A stretch of 64,000 nt of DNA, taken from NCBI RefSeq assembly GCF_000150275.1, contig NW_002060947.1:5547723-5611722 (forward strand), given 5' to 3'. How positions within the stretch are numbered: position 1 is the first letter of the stretch; every line of letters starts with the position of its first letter. This DNA is from Trichoplax adhaerens (Eukaryota; Animalia; Placozoa). The notes under the pieces are model-generated. The model had not been told where the DNA came from and made no database searches. It was given only the letters and a program-made list of their open reading frames with translations. Of the stretch, positions 54,491-64,000 are shown one piece after another. Position numbers and translations under genes: made by a program.

Positions 54491-55011
54491 TGTGATACAT
54501 ACCGATCACGAAATTCCAAATTTTAGAAAAATAAGGGCTTTATTGAATCTTATACAAAGATTAGCTACACACAGCTCTACTCTAGCCGAATACTACTACT
54601 AAAGACTTCTAGCACGAACTAACAGAATAATCTAAAGTTGCATGCTTTTATACTTTTCGTAGCATTCGCAGCTATAATCTGTACGGCAACCTTTCACCTT
54701 ATTTCGGACCATCATTAATCCGATATGGGTACGACTACAGTATTTACGTAGACATTATTCACACCAACCAAAGCACAATGAATTAATCATATCCTAATAT
54801 ATAATTTATAGTTCTATTTTTACCTATAACCTTATTAGCAACTCAACACCTTACTATATATAGTCATCTGTACTCTAGCATAGAGTCTATACCACGACAG
54901 TCCATAGTTATGGCTACCAAATATCTCTTAGGATAAATATAGAAGTTACGCTACCTAACATTATACTAAACATGGCTAACAGCCTAAATTACAATACTAA
55001 GTTACATTACA
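54491..55011. mobile_element. Solo LTR, 521 bp, with 5-bp target-site duplication AGCAG
   Basis: Begins TGTGAT and ends ATTACA; AGCAG at 54486-54490 and 55012-55016. The paralogous upstream region at 59916-59920 has a single AGCAG and no insert. Confidence 0.8.
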
Positions 55012-57480
55012 AGCAGATATGCAAACTTGAAGATTGTAGATAGGGATACAAGAATACAAGTCTTTCTGTAGAGACCAATTGCATCAATGAGCATAAAATA
55101 TTGATGCTTGCATTCATAAGGACTATCTCTTTTTACCTTTTCCCCTGCATTCTATCTGCTATTAGTAACTATGAAGAGCAGTTATTTTTCATTGAGAAGA
55201 AAAATTTGAGAAAGAGACCATCATTGCTCGGTATCTAAATCGATACCACGGATTAAACACTCGCAAGGACACACGAATAGGGAAGAAGGTATATATAAAT
55301 TAAATTATCTAAACAGAGAGGATCATCTCTCGGTAATTTCTTCAAGTGTAATAAAATTATACGATATAAAATAATCAAACTAAATATAATGTGCTTTGTC
55401 TTTATATACTGCAAGTAATCATACCAGGTTGAATTATCATTCCTTAGTTACAGTCATTCAAATATCGCAAAATCAAATGACAAGCTAATAACGTCGAGTA
55501 TAGCAATGTAGAGATAATAGAATACCCTATCATTAAAGAAAAAATACTGATGTATTACAAAATACAATTGCTATAGTAATTGTAAAACTACGATTATTTA
55601 CTCAGATCTTGTTCATGGAGGTGAAATAATTAAGCAGACAATACTTTAAAAGGCTCATGAAGTATCCCAAAGTGGTTAATTGAATTTAAGAATAAATTCA
55701 AACAGACGCCGAAAGATATAATTCAACTATTGATTCTTTGATATTTAGCCAAAGCTATATAGAGATAAAGCTCCACCTCTTTATGTCAAGTGATAGTTTA
55801 GAGCTGACAATATAATTAATCAGCAAGTTCAATTTAAATCGCTAATTAAGCATACTTAGCCGTTTGGGAATGTTTATTGTCTTCAGTATCACATTAGTTC
55901 TACCCTTTGAAATTGAGGCTCTGATCGATTCTTTTCTGGATTTCTTATTAACGACGATTCTAAGTATAAACTAATATCAGAAAATTTCAACAAAATACAC
56001 AATTTTTGGGTTCGTGCTATCCAAATAATACTCAAGCAACTATGGTCGACCTATTTTCTCACAATATTTCTAATAGTAATGCAATAAATAACATTTATAA
56101 TATCATATACGACTACGCAAGTTTAATCAGTGGTGTCTTATCGATCATAGGCTGTTCTCTTAATTTATTTCTATTATATATACTAATACGTGATAAACAA
56201 TTTCATACTGTCTCGTATAAACTAATTCGAATCTCTGTTATCTCCGATATTTTATCAAGTTTCACGATCGGTACTGGTTGCCTCTTAATCTCTTACGAAT
56301 TTACTTATGATGGAGGCGTAATTCTTTGTAGGGTAGTTATATTTTTTACATTTACCTCTAACGGTGTCTCTATGTTAAATTTATGCTTAATTGCTATCGA
56401 TCGTTATTTTGCTATCGTTAAGCCTTTCTACCGACGCTATCATAGACGACGTAAACAAATTTTCTACATAAGTCAAATTTTCGTTTGGACAATATCAGTC
56501 AGTTACACTGGAGCTGTAGTCCCTGCAATTAAAGTCTCTCACGAAGATCCGACGTTATGCGATGTATCTGATATCGCCGCCGACGATACTATTCCTATTC
56601 GATTAATTATCGCTGTTACAGTGCAATGTATTATACCTTGTACTAGCATTGCAATAATTTACTTCAAAATTATATCACATCAAAGAAATTATGTAAGACC
56701 TGGCCAAAGTACATGTCAAAAAAATGAAAACTTACGAAAAAGAAAATTCATTAATATGTTAATTTCTATTACCTTATGCTATATCCTCATAACGTGGCCG
56801 TTTAACCTTACACTAATTGGCATATCGTTTACGCGAAAGACATTTACACAAATACGCAAGGAAAGCTTTCCTCTTTTCTTATTAACGTTTTATTCGCTAT
56901 CAGTTAGTGTAAGCGTAGCTATTATTAATCCAGTAATTTACCTTAAATTTGATCGAAATATTAGAGAAAAAGCATTAAAAATTTTTAGATACTGATAATA
57001 AAATATATGTTATTATTGCTATTACTGTAGATGTACATTGTAATATTTCAGTTTTTATCGATGAATGTAATTTTCGAGTTTAAATATGTATAAAACTATG
57101 GCGGTAATCTGAACTTGAAATATCCTCTAGTTAATATTCGATCTCTCTAACTATACTTTAACGGAACAAATTCCCTATCTAATGTCATAATCACGTGTAC
57201 ACTACGTTATTTTGTAAAAAGTAATTAAATTTTATTTTATATAAATGACTCTTCTCTGTTGCTACTTTGCTAATTTTTCCTCTTCTAGATTAGCAAGAAA
57301 GGAGTTTTTCTACCTATTAAGGCACGATAACATAGCTACATTTTCTAGAATTTATTTACCAGCTGACATTAGTACAACAGAAAATCGGATATTAGTTATT
57401 ACTTGGTTTAGGTATTTATAATCGACACTCTCTTATCAGAATACAAAGCTCTTTTAACGTATAAGTTATCTAATATAATT
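55012..57480 (+). repeat. Segmental duplication copy 1 (GPCR plus flanks), paired with ~61373-64000
   Basis: Upstream (ATATGCAAACTTGA.GATTGTAGATAGGGATACAAGAAT…) and downstream (…GATTAGCAAGAAAG.AGTTTT…) sequences align with the copy ~6.4 kb to the right. Confidence 0.9.
56042..56995 (+). CDS. Intronless class A (rhodopsin-like) GPCR, 317 aa, copy 1
   Basis: Seven hydrophobic segments, TM1 Asn (GCSLN), TM2 Asp (ISD), TM3 Cys and AIDRY, TM4 Trp, ECL2 Cys, TM5 Pro, TM6 TWP, TM7 NPVIY. First ATG at 56042. Confidence 0.95.
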   Translation: MVDLFSHNISNSNAINNIYNIIYDYASLISGVLSIIGCSLNLFLLYILIRDKQFHTVSYKLIRISVISDILSSFTIGTGCLLISYEFTYDGGVILCRVVIFFTFTSNGVSMLNLCLIAIDRYFAIVKPFYRRYHRRRKQIFYISQIFVWTISVSYTGAVVPAIKVSHEDPTLCDVSDIAADDTIPIRLIIAVTVQCIIPCTSIAIIYFKIISHQRNYVRPGQSTCQKNENLRKRKFINMLISITLCYILITWPFNLTLIGISFTRKTFTQIRKESFPLFLLTFYSLSVSVSVAIINPVIYLKFDRNIREKALKIFRY

Positions 57481-59789
57481 ACTGTACTCCGAAGTGACAT
57501 TAATAATCAAATCAGTTACGAATATATCTGATATTAATAATCAACAGATGTTAGAAAATCAAATCGTTATCTACAGTATACTACATCGATCGATATTATT
57601 CGAGAAACTACACAAGATCGTCAATTAGTCCGAATTATACTTTAAACGCTATACCTAAAATTTATCCCGAAAGGCGTTACTGTTCATCCATTATATTTAA
57701 AAGAAATATACGAGCAAATTGATACCGTTAAAAATAACATGTCTTCAAACATTTGTTGTTGACTTCTACGAATCAACATCTTAAAAATTGAATTGCTATG
57801 ATAAAATGATATGAAGAGATTTATAGAACTTAATTCCATACGTTAACAATAACGGAAGAGTTTAAATCTAGAGGATCTCTCAAAAAAGCAAAACTATCAA
57901 GATGATCGAACTAGAAATTACAAGGAAATAATTTTAACACAACATCAGTTAAGGTAAATAGTGATTATTGTATCAAGTCTTATAAATCGGTAAGTTATGA
58001 CGTAGTTAATAGTTACTATATAGCTTTCTACCATGAATCGATCATTACAAATAGACAAATTGATGCAATACTTTATTATACCATTGTAACAGCTGAAGTT
58101 TTTATTTCTTCATTAATTTAATGAAATTATTGTCATTCAAGAAATGTATTATTTAACACCATTGCAGTCGTATCTTTTGATTGAAAGTGTAATTAATAGG
58201 TTTCATAAAATAGGGTTATTGAATAAGCCATCGTAATAATTTAGCTACATTTACTCATTATAAACTGTTTTTACTAAGTTGATTTGCTATTATAATGAAA
58301 TATTGAATATGTCTACGCATGAATAGCCTAAAATAAGAGTAATTATATCTTCCCTTACTGTAAAATCAAAATCAAAAAGCTTATTGGACGCATATTAACA
58401 TCATTTGATTCTATCGTATCAATGTATAGTCCTGGTATTCAATAATATAATTCAATCAATATCGGAATATACGCTTATATTAGATATGGGCGATATTTGG
58501 GATTAATATCAAGATATTAAAGTATCATGATATAAAATAGTAGTCATTAGCTAAGAAATTACATAGTAACGGTTCTACTGTAACATTTTATTACTTAATT
58601 CAAGTTCTTGCAAGTATTTGTATGATCATACTTTATTTACAGGTATTGCTTGTTAGTATATCTTCTTTTTGATCACAGTAAAGTATAAATCGATAGTAGA
58701 ATTTTATTATTTAGCCAGAAGCGATTTCTTACAAGTCAAACACTAATACTTTTACTACTAAGAGAGTAACCGGATTTACTAACTGATATCTACAGTATAT
58801 TAACAGTTTACTTTATATAGCATCATTTTCCGTATTTGTTACTCCATGAACAGCTAGAATTATAAGAAGTCATGTTAGGAACTTAAATAATCTAGAATTA
58901 CTGTAAGTTTACTTGATAGAATGTCATAATTTTTCTAAGATGGAATCTCTCAAATCTTAAGAAAATATAGAACTTCGATTTGAACGGAATAACAGAGACA
59001 GTCTGCTATACTGTATTTGAGCGTAATATCTATTATGATAATTTTACAGTCTTTGGTATTAGAATAAACCTTTTAAGATATCTACTATAAGATAATTGCT
59101 TGTTTTTAGTTAATTATAAATAAAATTTTGATTGAACTGGCATGATGAGTAAAAACAGCTAAATACACTGCTTTACATCTATAAAAGTATACATCACCGT
59201 AATAAATTTTTATGGCGTAGGCTCCGCCTTATTATGTTTCAAATTAACGATTATAAAATTTAAATATTCCTAACATAGACTCTAATAAATCATGAATATA
59301 GAATACGTAACAGAAATATGAGACACATCAGAAAAATCTAAACTTAAGATCGATATTTCTCTGTCGATTTTTTAAAATATTAAACTTCCATTTAAACAGA
59401 ATAACAGAGTCGATTTAGTAGATTATAATATTTTTAATCGTAGTTTTAGTATCAGTTGTTGCGATAATCCTTTATAGATATTTATCGTAGAATAACTGTA
59501 ATTGGCTGTTTTACAGTTCCATGTAAATGAACTTTTGATTACAAGGACAATAAGTATTGTAAAAATAACAGACCATAATGCCGTTTTAGTTTGAGATTGT
59601 ATTATTTTATATTATTATAACTTTTCATGTTTAGATAAACTGTAATAAATTCTGCAAGACAGCTATTTATTTTACAGTTAAAGGAATTATAAAATTCAAG
59701 GTCAACTTTTGATTTAATCAACAAACAGATCTTGCTAAAACGCTAGAGATAACGTGTATTATAGTCAACTAATTTCTCTAATATTCATA

Positions 59790-60850
59790 TGTTAAACATT
59801 ATCATAAACTTTGATGAGCTTATTGACATTTACATTTCTCATGGAATAATGTTGTGCTTCAGAAATAACACAAATATAGTACAAGACGACGATAACTGTT
59901 GCAAAATGACTTTGTAGCAGACATGCAAACTTGAGGATTGTAGATGAGAATACAAGAGTACAAGTCTATCTGCTGTACTGGTCAAGAGTAACGACGTGCA
60001 TAATATATTAATACAATACTTTTATCTATAGGGACTATATATTTTAACCTCTTTCTTTGCATTCTATTGGCTATTTATAGTTATGAATAGTAGTTAATTT
60101 TTTATCTAGAAGCATAAATTTGAGAAAGAGACTATCGTTGCTCGATATTTAAATCGATAAAGTGTATAGAACACTTGTCAGCAGTCCTCCATACAATCCC
60201 GTTACTGATTGTGCTATGTTGATCTAAATAGGGATGATTTATCTTTTGGCAATTCTTGGAAATGCAATAAAAGTTGTATAGAATAGGATCATCGAACTAA
60301 ATATGATAGTAATTTGTCTTTATATAAGTAATTACACAAGACTGAATTATCATTTCTCGTTTATTATCGTTCAAGAACTACAAAACCAAATCATAAGTTA
60401 ACAACGTGTAAGATCATCTGTATCACAACGTAGCTATAATAGAACACGCTATTACGAAAAGAAAACTACTTGAGTATGTATTAAAAAATAGAATTGCTGT
60501 ACAACTGTAAAATTATGATTGTTTACTCACATTCTGTTTATTGTGGTGAATAATTAAACAGACAATACTTTGAAAGCATTCCAAAGCGATCAATTACAAT
60601 CATGATTGCATTTAAGAAAAACATCAAAACGGATATTGATATATGTATAATAAAACGATCGAATCGTTAACATGCAGTGAAAACTACGTAGATAGATTGC
60701 TGTATCTCTTTATGCCAAGTGATAGTTTAGACCTAAAGATAATTAAGCGAACAGTTCAATTTGAAAGGAAATTAGCACCCTCGCTTTAGCGCTATTAATG
60801 CAATAAATGGGAGATATTCCATTTATTCTAAGACTGCCTAAGTCGCTGTT
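59790..60850 (+). repeat. Third, more diverged copy of the GPCR upstream region, without coding sequence
   Basis: Colinear with 54360-55845 (minus the LTR) and 61250-62290, through AGACTGCCTAAGTCGCT (~60847). Homology then stops ~200 bp before the position of the ATG. Confidence 0.8.
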
Positions 60851-62495
60851 ACAAAGCAGCTTTGCAACAAGATAACGTAATGTACGATCAATAAGTCTAT
60901 TCTTTGAACCACGTATCATGGAGCAATATCTACTCTTTCCCTGAACACTTTTCCTAGATTAGTAGACCACAAAAAGACTTAGACGCCTCGTATCTTACGT
61001 TAAACACTAATCTTAAGAACTCCCTTTGTTATACGATATATCGCATATATTTGCATATTACTTATGCAAAGTTGAAATAGTTACAAGACTAGTAAGGACA
61101 CTTGTGGTTAGGAAATAGATTATAGAATCCATCTTCAATCTATCATGTTAATTAAAAGACTTGTTGAAGGCGAATTTCTGCTTAAATTAGGAGTGTCCGG
61201 TCTTTCTCGGAAATGGTCGATTCGCCGAGATCGACGGTAACAGATATAATAGTTATTATACTCTGTGATAAGCCTACTGAAGTTTAATTTTCTCATGAAA
61301 CAATTTTATATTACGGAAATGGCATGAATATAGTACAAGACTACGATTACTATTGAAAACTAGACTATAATAAATATGCAAACTTGAGGATTGTAGATAG
61401 GGATACAAGAATATAAGTCTTTCTGTAGTAAACAAGAGCATCGATGGGCATGAAATAATGATACTTGTATCTATTAGGACTATTTCTTTTTACCTTTTTC
61501 CCTGTATTCTATCTGTTATTAGCAACATGAAGAGCACTAACTTTTATGAAGAAGAAAAAATTTGAGAAAGAGACCATTCCTCGATATCTAAATCGATACC
61601 GCGGATTAAACACTCGCAAGGACACACGAATAGGGAAGAAGGTATACATAAATTAAATTATCTGAACAGAGAGGATCATCTCTCGGTAATTTCTTTTAAG
61701 TGTAACAAAATTATACGATATAGCATAATCAAACTAAATATAATGTGCTTTGTCTTTATATACTGTAAGTAATCATACCAGGTTGAATTATCATTCCTTA
61801 GTTACAATCGCTTAAATATTACAAAATCAAACGATAAGTTAACAACGTCGAGTATAGCAATGTAGAGATAATAGAATACCCTATCGTTAAAGAAAACTAC
61901 TGAAGTATGTATTAAAAAATTGAATTGCTGTAATAACTATAAAACTACGATTATTTACTCAGATCTTGTTTATGGAGGTGAAATAACTAAGCAGACAATA
62001 CTTTAAAAGGTTCATGAAAGTATCCCAAAGCGATTAATTGTAATATTGATTGAATTTAAGAATAAATTCCAACAGACGCCGAAGGATATAATTCAATGAT
62101 CGATTTTTTGACATACAGCTAAATTATATAGGGATAAAGCTCCATCTCTTTATGTCAAGTGGTAGCTTAGACCTGGAGATAATTAATCGGAGAGTTCAAT
62201 TTGAAAGAAAATTAGCACCCTCAGTTTAGCGCTATTAATACAATAAATGGGGATTATTCCATTTATTTTAAGATTGCCTAAGTCGCTAATTAAAAATACT
62301 TAGCCGTACACGAATGATTATTATCTTCAGCATTACATTAGTTCTACCCTTTCAACTTGAGGTTCTGGTCGATTCTTTTCTGGATTTCTGATTATAAATA
62401 ATTAACAACGATTCTAAGTATAAACTAATATCAGAAAATTTCAACAAAATACACAATTTTTGGGTTCATGCTATCCAAATAATACTCAAGCAACT

Positions 62496-63449
62496 ATGGT
62501 CGATCTGTTTTCGCACAATATTTCTAATAGCAATGCAATAAATAACATTTATAATATCATATACGACTACGCAAGTTTAATCAGTGGTGTCTTATCGATC
62601 ATAGGCTGTTCTCTTAATTTATTTCTATTATATATACTAATACGTGATAAACAATTTCATACTGTCTCGTATAAACTAATTCGAATCTCTGTCGTCTCTG
62701 ATATTTTATCAAGTTTCGCGATCGGTACTGGTTGCCTCTTAATCTCTTACGAATTTACTTATGATGGAGGCGTGATTGGTTGTAGGATAGTTATATTTTT
62801 TACACTTGCCTCTAACGGTGTCTCTATGTTAAATTTATGCTTAATTGCTATCGATCGTTATTTTGCTATCGTTAAACCTCTCTACCGACACTATCATAGA
62901 CGACGTAAACAAATTTTCTACACTAGTCAAATTTTCGTTTGGACAATATCGGCCGGTTATACTGGAGCTGTAGTCCCTGCAATTAAAGTCTCTCACGAAG
63001 ATCCGACGTTATGCGATATACCTGATATCGCCGCCGACGATACTATTCCTATTCGATTACTTATCGTTGTAACAGTGCAATATGTTATACCTTGTACTAG
63101 CATTGCAATAATTTACTTCAAAATTATATCACATCAAAGAAATTATGTAAGACCTGGTCAAAGTACATTTCAAAGAAATGAAAATATACGAAAACAAAAA
63201 TTCATTAATATGTTAATTTCTATTACCTTATACTATATCCTCATAACATGGCCGTTTAATGCTACACTATTTGGCCTGTCGTTTACGCGAAAGACAACTA
63301 CACAAATACGCAAGGAAAGTATTCCTCTTTTCTTATTAACGTTTTATTCGCTATCAGTTAGTGTAAGCGTAGCTATTATTAATCCAATAGTTTACCTTAA
63401 ATTTGATCGAAATATTAGACAGAAAGTACTAAAAATTTTTAGACACTGA
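62496..63449 (+). CDS. Intronless class A (rhodopsin-like) GPCR, 317 aa, copy 2
   Basis: Same motifs (AIDRY, TWP, NPIVY). About 32 amino-acid differences from copy 1 by manual count. Confidence 0.95.
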   Translation: MVDLFSHNISNSNAINNIYNIIYDYASLISGVLSIIGCSLNLFLLYILIRDKQFHTVSYKLIRISVVSDILSSFAIGTGCLLISYEFTYDGGVIGCRIVIFFTLASNGVSMLNLCLIAIDRYFAIVKPLYRHYHRRRKQIFYTSQIFVWTISAGYTGAVVPAIKVSHEDPTLCDIPDIAADDTIPIRLLIVVTVQYVIPCTSIAIIYFKIISHQRNYVRPGQSTFQRNENIRKQKFINMLISITLYYILITWPFNATLFGLSFTRKTTTQIRKESIPLFLLTFYSLSVSVSVAIINPIVYLKFDRNIRQKVLKIFRH

Positions 63450-64000
63450 TATTTATTTAGCACGTACGCGTATATATAATATATAATTTCAAACTCTTTT
63501 CTTATAATTTACGCAAGCCTAATCTATTGCTATCATATCAATATGGCTATATTGTACTTTTATCGATAAATATAATTTTTCGAGTTTTATTATGCATAAA
63601 ACTATAGTGGTAATCTGAACTAGAAATTTCCTCCAGTTAATGTTCTACCTCTCTTTCTATACTGTAACGGAAGTAATTCCCTATCTAATTATATCATAAT
63701 TATACGCACACCGCGACATTTGTAATAAAAGCGATTACATTTTATTTTATATAAATGACTCTTTTCTGTTACTACCTTACTAATCTTCTTCTTCTAGATT
63801 AGCAAGAAAGCAGTTTTTCTACCTATTAAGGCACGATAAAATAGCTACATTTTCTAGAATTTATTTACCAGCCGACGTTAGTACAACAGAAGATCGCATA
63901 TTAGTTATTACTTGGCTTGCGTATTTATAATTGATACTCTTTTATCAGTACTACAAAGTTCTACCAACGTACTCGTATAAGTTATCTAATGTAAACTACT

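Noticed and set aside
56006-56041. TTG-initiated N-terminal extension of the GPCRs in the ORF track (also 62460-62495)
   Set aside because: In a eukaryotic gene the first ATG (56042 and 62496) is the more plausible start.

Overview
AT-rich, intron-rich animal genomic DNA. The short introns, intronless rhodopsin-type GPCR duplicates and abundant (TACAG/CTGTA)n repeats suggest a placozoan such as Trichoplax; this is an inference. Genes spliced by hand: RBM41 (+), a small CRACD/DUF4592-like candidate capping-protein regulator (-), an intronless PPT1 (+), four tiny spliced beta-thymosin genes that the ORF track misses or captures only in part (three on -, one on +), DIS3/RRP44 (-), PRMT9 (+), an ELMOD Arf-family GAP (-), and two about 90% identical intronless class A GPCRs on a 6.45-kb tandem duplication. 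Non-genic DNA includes four tandem-repeat families (~115, ~50, 181 and 233 bp), a solo LTR supported by an empty paralogous site, a MITE-like fold-back, interstitial TTAGGG repeats and several decayed elements. The most interesting feature is a candidate actin-regulator locus. It holds four structurally different beta-thymosins (canonical, C-terminally extended, two-repeat, N-terminally extended) that differ at the residue known to switch sequestering versus assembly-promoting activity, close to the capping-protein-regulator-like gene. All exon boundaries were read by eye and no database search was run.
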